Made by a program: the position numbers and the translations under genes
Notes under the pieces: generated by a model
Seen by the model: the letters and a program-made list of their open reading frames with translations, nothing else
What the model was told of the DNA's origin: nothing
Databases searched by the model: none
In this document: in pieces, positions 40,016 to 54,339 of the stretch
How the letters are laid out: each line of letters begins with the position of its first letter
Numbering within the stretch: the stretch's first letter is position 1
Source of the DNA: Lingula anatina
Lineage: Eukaryota; Animalia; Brachiopoda
Direction of reading: 5' to 3'
Length of the DNA stretch: 64,000 nucleotides
Assembly (NCBI GenBank): GCA_051362555.1
Contig: CM120649.1
Location: 4,650,001-4,714,000, forward strand

Positions 40016-43000
40016 GGCTGGATAATTTTCCCTCTCGTGTTATCTGTCCTTCAGTATTGACTCAGACTAGTATTGCGAGTGAACTGTAAATCCAAATGAA
40101 TTTCACTGTTTGCTGTCACCTCTGAAACTGTTTTAGGAACGCTGTGTTAGCAGTTAATAAGCATCGTGTTGAGTAATCAAAACGGTGATAACTTAATTAA
40201 CACAAATGATTCGAATGTTCCTGTCATTTCTGCCGTGCCTTTTCCGGCGATGATGGGGAAATTGAAATGACTTTGGATAGATTCATCATTTTAACAGCAT
40301 AGAAGGTTGAATGTGATGCTTTTAAAATTGGACAAATACATGAAGTGAATAAATACCATTGAAAATAAAAACAAGACTAATGATGTAAAATTAGAAAAAC
40401 ACCCATCCTTGGTCAAAGCTGGAAACTATTGTGAAAAAGGGAATTAAAGGGTCCATCATAAGTGCCTGTGGAGAAGATAAGTATCTGTGCTGATGATGTA
40501 CATGATACAAATAATACAAACCAAATGATACAAATGATATTAACTGACGAGCATACTAGTCTCCAATTCTAGGAAACACGTATCCCTTGGGATATGAAAA
40601 TATTAAGAAAATCAAATACGCTAATACGAATATGTACTGAAATCCAATGATACACCTCATCATCATTGTGATATGGTATACCAAATCCATAGCCATTCAT
40701 CCATTACACCTTGGTTCACTGATCTGTTGAATATCTATCTCCAGCGCTCCATTAAATTCCAGTAACTCTGTTTGGCGTTTTTCCAGGGGAGGAAATTACA
40801 CTGAATTGGCTACTGTTTTTGCCTCGTTTTACGTCGGTCGTAAATCATAGCAAAACACATTTTTCATTTAGCGGACTCGTCGATCTGTTGATGCAGTTAG
40901 TTGTAAGTCTTACAGAGACCTCCCTTGAAAAAAAGATTACTGTGGGCTTTGGGCAAATATCAGAAAGAAATTTTGCGAATAGATCACTCTGGTCAATGAA
41001 CAATATTAACGTTCATTTGTATTTTTAAGAATGCCTTCGGTTCACATTCCACATTTTCAAAATGAGAGGGAAGCTCACAAAACGATACTACATTATCATC
41101 ATCTACTTTCACTAAATAGAGCAGATGTCAAGTGCGGAGTAGGAGTAGGGAGAGCAAATCTTCGTCATATTCCCATTCCCATTCCCATCGATTTTAGATC
41201 GATCTATCCCTGTGGGGAGTCTCACTAGATTACTGTCAGCTTAGCCGGCTTAAGCGTCTGTCCGGTGTACTAAAAGCTGTAAGGGGGTAATTAACTATGG
41301 TGCGCGCTCGGCTGACTGCAATTTAGCGTGAAACCCCAGGGAGTTAGGTCGATCTAAATGTAAATCTCTGTATCGATCTAAATCTCTGGGAATGCACCCT
41401 TAGATCATCTATACATTTTACCTGAATATATTTATTGAATAAATAAAACGATCACAATAATTTTACTGATTAGGGTGCTATTTTTTGTTTTCTTTCATTT
41501 TTCAGCTTTATTTTTCTAAATATACATATATATTAGACCGTTTGCTGTCTGTCGATTTGTTTCATTATATGTTCAATCATGTGTTTATACGCCAAATGTT
41601 TCATCATTGATACGCTCGTAGTATAATTGGAATTGCAGCTTATCGAAAAACAGAAAGGTACCCGTTCCTAGAAAAAAAGGCTTCATTTGCCATGGGGTTA
41701 TGATGAAATTAATACGTATGATTGAAGATGGAATGACGAAATGCATTTGATTTCGCCGTATAATTGTTTAGCCAAAATTACTTCTTGATTTTACCTTCTT
41801 TCTTTCACGTTAATAATGCATATACATGCAAAAAGCGTGCATCGATCTCAATACTGACGTTCAATAATTGCTTTTTAATTTCCGGTATTTAAGGATTTCT
41901 TTTTAATCATTCCCCTGTCACTTGATGCCATATTAACTAACAGGCTGAGGTCAGTGTATGGGAGGAAATTGAAATGAAAGAGAGTGGTTACTGGTGCAGT
42001 AGAGAATGATGGACTGTTTCCTATTTCTGTCATATTACAATTTCCGCCAGGAGACGCTTTTGAAGTTCTGTGTTGATTTCTTGGAAGATTTTGCCCTTTT
42101 CGTTTACAGAACATACATTTGATATTTCATGACATATTAGCGGCTGCCTCATCTTATGAAAAATTATTTTTAGCATCTGTAGGTGAGCGACAAAGGGGTG
42201 TAGAGCCGCATTTTGCAACCAAACGCATTTTGCAACCAGTTTAAGTGCCCCATGATACGGGCACCCAAATGATGCGTCATTTGAAAGATCGGAGTCCGCT
42301 GGTCCAAGCTAGTCATCGTGTGAAAATGACAAGAGGCCACGTTACCATGGAAGCGGACAAAGTCCAAGATGGCCGCTGTGGTTAGGTTCTGAGTGGGGAT
42401 GAACATTTTGTCATATAACTGTTCTCCGTAATTCAAATCATTTCAATGTATCCATGTTAAACGCAGTTTAGCAATAGGTTATGGTACTGTCTGCTTATGG
42501 TCATAATATTATTTATTTTGTATATCGTGTATATTGTATAATGTATTCCCTGCTGTATGACACAGCGCAGTTTGCGTTAATACAACACGTCAGTAATCCC
42601 AACTGCCGATATTCCTGCTTCTTTTACCTTTTTTTCATAAAAATAATGAACCATTCCAATCGGGACTGTGTTCCAAAAGAGTCAGTGTTATCAAGCCGAT
42701 TTAATGGCCAGCTTTTGTATATCTTGCTATTACAGTGTCAGTTCATAAAACGCTAACCCTGGGATGTTAAACGACGCTGACACAGCAGCATTAGTGTTCA
42801 CTTTTCTCATTACCGCTTTTAAATGTCAGAGCCCTATGGGAGAAAACACGCAACGAAAAAACGGAGACAGCCATGTTGCGCTGTTGATAGAAGCGTACTT
42901 TTATACACGAGGATAAATGTGAAACTATTAGGCGAAAGAGGTACATCTGCTGGGGAAGAGAGATAATGAAACTGAACAGCTCACTGGCACGCTTGCTCGT

Positions 43001-45034
43001 TTATTTCAAGCTACAGTAACAGCCTTAAAATCGTGTGTATAGAGGGGGACGCAGTTGTTCTCTACGGCTTTACCTGTTCTCTATAGAACGGTAAAAATCT
43101 GATTTACAAAGCTTTTGGTTAAATTTAGTACATTTTTGGCACCAGCACACGATGCTCATATCGCTTCTAGCCATCTTTTGGCAAGAATCTATTACGTACT
43201 TATTGTATTGCATTCATTGGTAATTCATTCTTGCCAGCAGTCGTAACATACTCAATAAATACCCCGGTCGATTGCCCTTAACGCACAACCCGGACCTACA
43301 TGTATTCTGTATAGTTTAAACATTCAAACTTACAAGTAAACATACACAAAGATATTAGTACATTTCCCAGAATTTTTATATGTTTTGCAATTGCTAAAAA
43401 GGGTTTACTTTGTAATTTTCTCGCGCCTCTTGGGCTTACTTTTATAGGCACATTGTCGTTATTGTAGTGAAAGGTCAATTTTAGTCATACAAGAGCAAAT
43501 TCGATTTTCGTATGAAATGCATTAACTATACTTTTTGGCGCCAAATGACATTCGCAGAACGCATACTTTTTTTGTAATGGGAAGTAGAGGTGGGAGTTGG
43601 AGGGGTACGCCCTTTGATTTGGAAAGGTGCGATCCAAACCCCCTTTAATATTCCGCCATCTGATGACGGTTTTGGCAACAAAAATGTACACGTGGGTTAG
43701 ACAAGACAACTCTGAAGCATTGCAGCTTCAGCATTTGGCATTACACCAAGATCGCATGTCACAGCTGAATAATGACTATCTATTTCTGATTCAAGTGAAC
43801 TCTCCCAGACGCTGCATGCCAATTATGTTTCCCAGTGATAATAATTCCATTTCATAAAGTGTGAAATAAATCGCTCGACTGCAAAATTGCTTTTGTCTGA
43901 TTCTTAATTATGCATTAATTTCCCAATTTAGCTTGCATCAAACAGAACACTAATTTCGTTAGAAAGGTATTAAGTCCCGTTTGTTCTGAGAGTTGTATTA
44001 AAATGATCTTTTTTCTGTGGTTTCTGCAATGAGACATGTCGATCTGAAAAAGCATGTTTGAATACCAGAGGCAACAACGAGATAAGAAATGCATGTCTGC
44101 TGATTCAATATATGTGTTTATTAATATATTTGAACTTGAATTATGAACAAACGACGTCTAAAATATCAGATTCCAGACTTTCTCCTGCATTTTTTATAAA
44201 TAAACTGGTAAATTTAACATTGACCTAGTAATGCCACTTATAAACTATAATATTATATCTGGAATGTGCACACCTCCTTATTATAGTTCTGGTTCGAGAT
44301 TTATCTTCTAACATCTAATAAACTGTGTGGACAATAACGGTTACTCAAGCGTGCCTTGTGGAACTCATTTCCTCTGTGTACTTTTCCCCTTTGACAGATT
44401 TAGCAACATGTTCAGTGCACTGATTGAGTCAAAGAGTGCATTGATGCTACGTCATCAGTACGAGAAATGAATATGTTGTACAAAAAAACACGGTAGCTTT
44501 TAAGGTTTGCTGCAAACGGATAACGCGTTTGGCAAGTAACCACCTCTGTCTCGACAAGCAACTCGCCGCTCTTGGAAATTCCTTCTATTTGATTTCCCAC
44601 AAACGGCGACGCAGCTGGGTATGTCTGTCATTTGAAGAAAAACATTTTCTTTTTAACCGCGCGGAGGCTCTCAAGAGCATATAATTTCTGTGGAGGTTTG
44701 ATTTTTAATCAAAGGTCACAGCGTGATTCTACTAAGAGCATCGAAATCGTACATGTAGTCCGCCGCTGCTGTCCGCGTCAGACGGATGAAGAACGGCTTT
44801 TATCGTTAACGGCAAAGTAAAGGGGATACTTTTATTAACTTCCACGGTAAAAGAAAATATAGGTTACCTGATCACCGGTAACAGTTGTGCAATGCAGGCA
44901 CCAGTCCGGTGCTAGTTCTGTGATACAGGATTCTCCGACTCAACAAGACTCTGTTCCAGAAAACCTCACGTGTGTTCGGACGAAAATACATGTAAGCCGT
45001 TTGGGTTCTAGTCCATGATCTGGTGAAGGCAGAC

Positions 45035-45405
45035 ATGAAGACGTGCTGCTGCTGCTGGGGCCTGAGACAGGGGACGATAGCCAGCGCTGTCTGGACATTG
45101 GTTAGTATATAATCCGGTCAATGGTCAGTATGGAGTTTCCTTGGCGCGTGGAGTGGTAGTGACAGTGTAAATTGAGAGAAGCATGGTCAGTGCATACCTG
45201 TACATTGGTCAGTATATAGTCCGGTCAATGGTCAGTATGGAGTTAAGATTAGTTTCCTTGGCGCATGGGGTGGTAGTGACAGTGTCAAGAGAATAATGTA
45301 TGTAAACGCCTGTACTATTAAACTGACCAGGAAGTGTGTTTTGGATTGTCTGAGTATATATACTGCATTGTGGGTTCCGATGCACGTACTAGTAGCTATA
45401 TACGT

Positions 45406-45436
<31 letters not shown>

Positions 45437-45558
45437 GGTTACAAGCGTGTTTGTGTTCCATTGCAAGCGCGTGCATGTATGTTTGTCTGTGGTTAAGTGT
45501 GTCTCTGTGTGTAAATATGAAATCATGAACGTATGCATAATTGTGTGCCCGTGTTTCT

Positions 45559-45603
<45 letters not shown>

Positions 45604-47464
45604 TGATTTAGTGTGCTTCTCTGTTCGTGTACGTGCGCATTTGTGTAATAGTGCACATGAATGCATCATGTATATAGGGGCGCATGTGTTTGTGCGTGTG
45701 TGTATGAGATCGTTTACGCGTGCGCGTGAACGTTCATCACTTTGATGTTTCCTTAAAAAGAATGCAGTTCCTTTATCTAGTTACCCACTTCAGCTGGTAT
45801 GGATGGCTCTAATCATTTGACTTGACTTATCAGTTCAGTTTTATTCACAGCATGGTCGAACCTTAATCCCCTAATTGCAATAGATATGGCCAAATGGCAT
45901 CCATTTATAGAACTGAGTAAACCTTAGATTTATTTGTTGGCTTGTAGCGGAGACAAAACTGCTTCATTTAATGTGTACACTTGCCAAATAGAATCAACTC
46001 AGCTGTCAACTTTACCAAATGTCGGTATTCCAATGAGAAATCCCGAGGGAGAAAGTTGTATTGGTGATGCAGCAAAAATAGTTGACAGGCAATCCCGAGA
46101 ATAATCTCTGACATCAAACGTCTAATTAGGCGCAGTTGGAGTGAAAAGGCTGTCAATGAGGATGTCATTTATCTTCGATTCAAATATATCAATCCTATAC
46201 TATATCAGAATCAAAGTATTTTCATGTTGTTTTTACAGGTATTGGGCTGTTTGAACTCTTGCTATGGAATATATGCTCTGGTGGCAGGTAATTGATCATT
46301 TTCTATTATTTTCGTTGAATCAATGGTACCCTTGTGGTGACCTCGTATTAATCAAAAGTGAATGACAAAACCTATTCCTTGGTGTTTGCGGAAAGCCACT
46401 TTGGCTACAAGCATTGATTGCGAGCAATGCAAGGGGGCGTTCCAAATGAAACTATATATATATAAGGGTTCATTACCATTGAAACTATCGTTCTACTTAG
46501 ATCGATCCATCTCTGCAGGAACCCTTGCTGAATTCAATCAGATAAAAAGATTAACACGTCTCCACCTACAGTTGAGTAGAATACAGAAAAGCAGGTTGTT
46601 ATAAGAGTATTGATTATATATGATTGAATATTTTATATGATACACCAGCTTAAAGATGACACCCCCATGATGTTTTGCAACTCGTATTCTTTCTGGATTC
46701 TTGCATGAAATCGTATCTAAACAACGGAAAAGCACGCTGTAGATGCTAATAATTCTGTCAAGCACCCTTTGCAACAGTATGTCAAACCATTATCGGTCTT
46801 CCGGGAATCATTTAAAATGTTTTTGCTACATTATGTCAGGTGGCTATGACTTTATAGACCCTCGTTCGTATCGATTTTTAGAACATCTGCAGTGTACAGA
46901 TTGAAGAATCATTGTACAAACCTAGCAGCCATCATATTGTTATGAATACCACTGAAGTCAATCAATTAACTTATTTATCTATTGGCAAACTAATATATTT
47001 GGTTATTTAATCTATTTACTGTAATTATGGATTGGATAGATAAGACATGTAAATGCCAATGCATTTATGTAGATGCTGTAAATGTATGAATGCGTGACGA
47101 TTCAAACGTCACTTGAAAACCAAAATATAAACAATAAAATTGAAGTAACGCATAAAATAATCGTAACATCTCTATTGTCTAGAGTACCAAGATGGCGTTA
47201 CAAACCCTCATGCCCAAATGGACGGGATCTACTCCAGTCCAGCCGTGCTAGTCATGAACCTCGTGCTTTACCTTATATGGATAGCCGTCTCCATAGTTAC
47301 TATTATAGCTGCTGTCATGGTAACGTAACACTTTGTTGTTTTCATTTTCACTCTTTCTCTTTCTCTCTTTCTCTCTCTCTCTCGGTCAATTATTGCCGCG
47401 GTCAAGGAAACAGCTGCACATACTCACACGCACATGAACGCACACACATACACACACACACTTG

Positions 47465-47508
<44 letters not shown>

Positions 47509-48841
47509 GTCACTGCAATGTAAAATTTTATATTGGTCACAGTCTTGATCTGCAATGGACTGGTACAATTTCAATTTTGATGTAAAACTCGCTTGATCGA
47601 GTCACGTCAAAATAAAGGCTCGTCAATGCAGTGAAAATGTTTGAAGTTGATTTACAGTCACAGGGCAAACCTTTAACGCTAAAAGACTGTACAAAAGTAA
47701 TTACCGATAACTGAAAAAAGCGTCTATATTTGGCGAAATTGGCGCCGTCGCTGTCTACCTAATACTATTAAAGCACTATCTGATCATTCCAAATGTTTTT
47801 TCAGGCAAACCGTTTTTTGCTTCTCCCCTGGATATTGACGTCATTCCTTTATGTAATCTACACCACAATACTGATCATACTGATTTGTGTGAATGAGCGT
47901 AAGTATACCCAACCGTGGGGCCATTTAGCTGTCTCCTTTCTTAGGCATCCTCTACCTACGTGCATACATAAATAACAAAAAGGTTTATCATTATTGCAGA
48001 AACGCAACACAGACGTTTAAGAAAGTGGAATGATATTATTTTCAGGAAAAACAGCACGTCAATCCAATCAATTCTTCTTTGACAGTAGTAAATTCTATTC
48101 CTTATGCATATCTCAGCATCTAACAAGCAATTTGAAAAAACCGCCAGACAGATAACACGCTATATAGTACGGCCATCTCGCGCAATTCTATAGTCACAGA
48201 TGGCTAATTTTGATCCATCTCGTTCTATTGATTTTCAGCGTCCTCTCCCGTGGCATGGATGCTTTTTGTCACTTGTGTGATAATTATGGCTGTGAACGTA
48301 AGTATATCTTCTATATATTCAGTGGACCGTGCTGGTAGATATTGGTTATTTATGATATAGAAACCCTTCTCATCTTCTCAACATCCTGTGGGCCTTGCTT
48401 GCAGATCTTGGGTATCCATGATATAGAAACCCATCGCCCCCCCCCCCTCCCCTCAAACTGCTCCTTCTGGTTTGGGATGTTTTGATGGAGATATTCATTA
48501 ATTCTGTATACCTGGGGGGATTCTTTTGTCCTATTCCGGATAGAACGGAGGCGGGAAGGAGCAGACGCTGTCTTCTCCTGGAGAAAACATGTGCGGAGGA
48601 GCATGTTCCTGCGCGCACGCGCATATATGTGTGCGTAGATTTGACGCCGTGCCGTTATAAAATGCTTATGAACTTGACTTGGTAAACACGTACATGTAAC
48701 CAAAATTATTTCAGACAATCGAGCACTTTCACGGGAAATAATTCTGTATCTCTGTTTCTTCAGATATACGCTTTGACATGTGTCGTTTCCTTCTACATAG
48801 AACTTGGGAAGAAAAGTACAGCGTACCGACACACTAAGGTA

Positions 48842-48887
<46 letters not shown>

Positions 48888-49280
48888 GAAGAATATATAT
48901 AAGATTGGTATCATATTTATTAATATCATTCTACAGACATTAAATTTGTATGGATGCACAATTTAACTTCTTTTTTTACTTATTACCGAAAGAGGACTGT
49001 TTAAAATCACCGCATCAAAAAATACTGCGAATCTTTTGTTACTTTTTACAAATAATTTATATATGCGCTCTTATATTAGCATTTTTCGTAGAAATAAAGC
49101 ACATAGGGCCTAATCTCGTGCCTGATCTGCATTTGTCTTCTTGCACCTCCCCAATAAAATTTATCTCTGTAAAAAACTTACTTTACAAAAAGAAAAGTGA
49201 AACAGCACTAATTGTAGATATAACGTTCAATGTCTTTCTTTCTAATTTAGGTTCTTGTGACGTCAGATCACGCTCAGTGA
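45035..49280 (+). CDS. Four-TM LAPTM4/Mtp-like (DUF4728/DUF7027-type) membrane protein, 8 exons, 177 aa
   Basis: Exons 45035-45100, 46239-46287, 46840-46863, 47183-47319, 47805-47898, 48239-48297, 48764-48838 and 49251-49280, all phase-compatible. Translation: [47 protein letters not shown]. It shows the family-typical CC..LR.G start, the LLPW motif and the CV.S.Y.EL end. Confidence 0.82.
45095..45286 (+). repeat. Local direct duplication of an exon-1 splice-donor region
   Basis: ACATTG|GTTAGTATATAATCCGGTCAATGGTCAGTATGGAGTT..GTAGTGACAGTGT is repeated at ~45202 as ACATTG GTCAGT.. Confidence 0.8.
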
Positions 49281-49639
49281 CAATCAAGTCCAGTCTTCGT
49301 TCCCTTACGCAAGCGACATCTATTGTATATTCCCAGACAATCCACGCATTTGGACAAAGCTGTAGCATACACCTGTTTGTAGATTGCGTATACATCGACA
49401 GACTGAGGATTTTGCCAAGAAGCGAAGTAGTGGGGGGGGGGGGGGGGTAAAAATAGCAGGAGAGAGAAGTGGGTTCCCCGGCACTTCCGAAACTAAGGAG
49501 GGCACGTGGTCTATGTTATAAGCCTTATTTTTAAAGACGTGGATATAAACTGTCTAGTCATTGTTCTTTGGCTAGGTATTCTGACTCTTTACAAGTATAC
49601 TGTAAGAACACTTAACAAAAAAAAAAAACTAATAATAAC

Positions 49640-49675
<36 letters not shown>

Positions 49676-51155
49676 CTAGACACTCGAGGCAGCTGTATTG
49701 CTTTTTATTTTTAACAACGCTTTTGGATGCAGATGGTTAATAATAATCATCCCTTGTTTTTTATGTACAGACACGCCGTGCCTGTACATACATTGTATAG
49801 CTATCACCTGCGCTTGTCGTCACCGTCGTCGTCGACGCCGTGCCTATTGTTTTCACACCTACAGGAATGATCAATATTACTAAAATGCAGGGCGAGTTTG
49901 AAAATCAGCTTGATTGGACCAATTTTTAACCAAAGTTATGCCGTTTTTTTTTTCAGCATACTTTTTTTCTATACCAAATACGCATAACACATTTCAAGGA
50001 AAACTGATAGACCTATAGGTACATGTATTGTCTTCAAACTTACAGGAGTGATTTTATATTGCAAACTCAGTGGGGAGATTCATTGTATGTTAACACAAAA
50101 TGTTTGAATAGCAGCTCCATTGGGTTTTTATGCTTTTTAAAGTTTTCATTTTTCAAACACTAGAATTTTCAAGTTGTGACTTTTTACTCCCATCCACCTG
50201 ATGCCCTGTATAAGAAGCATTTTCTGGTTTTTTAAGCAATAGTAATGGTGTTTATGCTGTTAAGCTTTATGAAATATTATTTTGTGCACTTGTATCATAA
50301 TTCACATATTGGAGTTTTCCGTATGTGAGTTTGAACTCTCATGGGCCTGCTGCTATATTCTTATTATCCATGTTACCTGCTGTGCGTTATTAAATTTTGA
50401 TGTTGATTGACTGTGCTGTTATAAACATTATTTATCATTGCATAAAAATTAAATGACCTATTTTGTGCATCTTTATTTTCTGCTTTTGGTCTGTACAGAG
50501 AATGCGCAAAACACTTGACGGCTGTAACGTTAGACTTAACTTAGTGGCGAATATTCGTATGCCATGGAGGTTGAGAATGTCCGTGTTAGCTTGTTTTCCA
50601 AGACGGCTAAGCTGATACACAGAGAGTTTGATGAAAATTATCGGCGAGCTTTAAGGTGGATACTTGTACGTGTTGTCAAGAAAATGGTTCATCCTTCCAA
50701 TGTTTATGATGATGTAGAGCTTTATGAACGCTTCAAAATGGCACTCAGCGTGATGCTAATCAGGCAATCTTCAAATAGACATGCGGTTTTTACAATATTA
50801 GTCCAAAATGATAGAAGCCAAATTCTCTGATCTTTTTCGCAAAGGCATTCCTCTTTGATGTCAATCATTTTGAAGATTTAATAAGCTGTCGCGCTTGTTG
50901 ATACAGCATCAATGACACACGCACACAGAGGTACGGAATATCAGTTATACAGGACCTACACCACCGCCGCTACTCAGTCTTGCTACAACGGTGCAGGAGC
51001 TAAGGTGTGCGTAGTAGACTTCGATAGTCGACTAGTTGGAAGCGTTATTTCATAATAGGTGAGTTTTCTTACTCGAATATCGCAGAAAACCCAACCGCTA
51101 ATAGCGTTTAATCCTGCATTTTGATACGTTAGTAGTTATCTTATATTTCCAGACG

Positions 51156-52062
51156 ATGACAGGATCTCTTGTCACCATTCTGGTTGCTGTTTTCGTCATA
51201 GCCACTGTCGTTAAAGAAGCTCAGGCAGCTTGTTGTAGAGCTGACAAAGTCGGATGGTGTGCAGACTGTACTGAGGTGAGATACCTTACCTCTTACATAC
51301 CATACACACGATAGTTACTGTCATTGTACTGGTATAAGGCCTTGTGTTTCCGGTATAAGGCGTAAAGCAGAACGTAATACTCTGCGCAGACAACAACATC
51401 GTCTTGCTATCTCACCATCAGACGGTTTGTGAACATGCAGTCCATCAAACTGCAAAAAAGGTATAGACAGAAAAAGGCCTATATGATGATAGGCAAAAAG
51501 CTCTTGCTGGGGGTCCTAAAAAAGGCGCGTTTCTGATGGAAAAAGATTCTATCTATAATAAGGTTTTACGATTTAAATGATTAAACGAACACGGGCACAC
51601 GATGAAATAATTTCGTTCAGCTGTAAACAGCGACCATTCTGTTTTAGAACACTCCATATTGTGGATATGGGAAGTGTAATATATTCGGCTGTGCTTGCGA
51701 CGGAGGCTGCAGAAAGGACTGCAACCCCTGGTACAGCGATTGGAATCAACCACCGTATGTATCTAACTGTTTCCTTCCTATTTTTGAACTCCTACCAAGA
51801 TATCATATAAAAAAGCTTTAGATTTGCCAATTGTTATAAAACAGTACACCGCAAGTTTGCTCCGTTAATGCGTTTGAGAAATTCTCAGATATAGCTTTCG
51901 TTGATCATTGCTTAAAAGAAGACAGGAAGGAGTTTTAAGAATGAAGTTCACTATTTCAGTTTCATGAAAGGCTATTACCGAAAATGCGAATGCTTAAACA
52001 AGAGATCTGTGGAAGATAGGACCGGTGGAGGTATTGTCGCTAGAGATACATACCTTAATTGA
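51156..52062 (+). CDS. Diedel-like Cys-rich secreted peptide precursor, copy 1 (109 aa)
   Basis: Exons 51156-51275, 51648-51754 and 51960-52062. Translation: MTGSLVTILVAVFVIATVVKEAQA-ACCRADKVGWCADCTENTPYCGYGKCNIFGCACDGGCRKDCNPWYSDWNQPPFMKGYYRKCECLN-KR-SVEDRTGGGIVARDTYLN*. Confidence 0.88.
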
Positions 52063-52161
52063 TGCAAACAGGTGAGGGACCCACACGATTGTTTTTTTTT
52101 TCTTTCGACTCCATTTAAAAGGCAATCTGCAACCGTGTGCCTATTATATACCACACTGATG

Positions 52162-52211
<50 letters not shown>

Positions 52212-54339
52212 TTTTGTTCAGTGGTACAGCGATAGTCGTCAGTTTCACAATCTTCTAAATAAGTGCATATTTCCAATGAAACAATGGAGATCGATCCAAC
52301 ACCGCAGGGGCAGCTAGGTTACTTTTAAAGTGTTATTTTATGTCATTATATATTTAATCTCGTGATTGTTTGCGAGTTTTTTGTAAAAATGCACTTGTGT
52401 TTCAGATATGCTCAAATTCCAAGGTCTAATTGATAAGAGGAAAGAAGCTCTGATTGGTATTAATATTCAAATAAAAAAAGCCTCACGTTGTCGAGTAAAT
52501 GAATATAATGGTGATTTGTTGGTGTTTATGCGAACTTTCCTTTTTCGGTTTTCACACATCATATTACTTTGCTTTACCGGCATGTGCACATTTTGCCTAA
52601 ATAAATATTTATTTCTATTTCAAATCAAATTCGTGATTTTGTGAGATGATATTTGCAATTTTAACTGAAATACAGAACTTTCTGACACTTCTGTTTTTGC
52701 TTATGTGTGAGTCATTAATCGTGATAATTAAAAGATAAACTTAATCTCTCAATATGTTGATCTAAAATTTGATATTACCTAAATGAGTTGCCATTTGAGT
52801 ATGAACCTGTCGAGAATTAAACACCTTCAACCTAGTGTCTTTTCCAATAACAACCAACAGTAACAATGTTTGACCTAGAGCTGTCTTATTCACAATCGAA
52901 TCCACTATCTTCTCTAACACTAAATGATGTTATTATTGACCAACCTAACAACCCATTCCACCCTACTTCAGCTCGTAATGAAAGGGAAAGTAAACAGAAA
53001 ATTAATGATAAAATGAAATCCAGTGACTTTTTCTTCAAGTTTTACAAAATGAAATTAAATGGAATATCACTTTCTGGGTTTTGTAATGGCAATGATTTGA
53101 CATACGGTAAACGTCTTTGGGCTTAATATACACCTTTAAGTCATTCAAATATTATACAAAACTAAAAATACTCTTCGCTCTTTCTTTTCTTTTTTGGGAT
53201 GTTTACCCCCTACTTCTCCACATAGAATATATAGTTCTTACATGTTCTTGCCTGTGCACACAGCTGCGTACGCGTATTGAGTGGGAGCGTCTCACTTAAG
53301 GTGACAAGTTATCATAAAAAATACTTTTCATGGTGTATGTCTTCAAATATGATATTGATTGTGTGAAATTTAATACCCCTTCTTAAGGGCTTTAGCTATT
53401 TCATGGCTTAAATTACCATTTAGTTTAAATACAGGTGTTTTTCATCCAGAACATAGAATAAAGGATGCACAACTGCACTAGCCAAAAAAGAAAATACAAG
53501 CTTTTTTGTCTATGGTGGGAATTTTACATTTTCCATGCAATAGTTGGTTAAGGTTGGTTTTCTGATTCCAGTGGCCACAAGCATTGGTTGTTAACAATTT
53601 ATTTTACAAGACTTTTGTCCCAATTCGTGTTCAGAGAAAATATTTGAAAATCTAAAACTAGCCATTGTCTAAAATCACTCAAGCGTATCAGTACTTTACT
53701 GAAGAAGTGAGACGATGGTTTTCTCACTAAATACAGTGACCAGTCTAACGTGTAACTTCGGTTATTTTGAAGCACTGTGGTCAAAACAAAAACTTGTGTT
53801 TTCCCCACTTAAGAATCAAAGAGAAAACACGTTGATTTAGTTATTATAGGAGCGATGCCACTTTGACGAAAAGATTTTTCTCGTTGACAATATATACTGG
53901 TATAATATCTTTGCGAAAGAACTACATGTATATGGAAATTCGATTACTGTTAGAAAAGGCATGGAGTTGAAGTCTTGCCGCATGAAAAAGTGCAAGTTTT
54001 GCAGGCGTTATTAAATTTTGATCAATATTAGCAACGTTTAAATTATTTTCCATTCAACACCACTAAGTCACAATGCTACAAAATTCTGTTCTTCATTTAA
54101 ACCTGGAAATAACACCTTGCTACAAAATCCTGTCTTTAAACTAAAAAAAATAAATCTAAAATAAAACTCTAGACAGTGTATAATGTTGTGAAATGCATTT
54201 TAATTGTAGCAATTAAAATTGACAATTAGATAAATCAAGAGAATATTGGTATACTCAACAAGAGGACTCTTTAATAAACCGAAAATAACTTTGTCTGCTA
54301 AGATTCTTGTCTTCTTGACAATCACCTCTTGGAATTTGA

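Noticed and set aside
45296-45745. Cys/Val- or His/Thr-rich ORFs (also at 1882, 2755, 47082, 48350 and 51975)
   Set aside because: Translations of (GT)n/(CA)n microsatellites, not metal-binding proteins.
50564-50830. 88-aa ATG-initiated ORF upstream of Diedel-like copy 1
   Set aside because: No recognisable motif, splice context or paralogue, so it cannot be supported.
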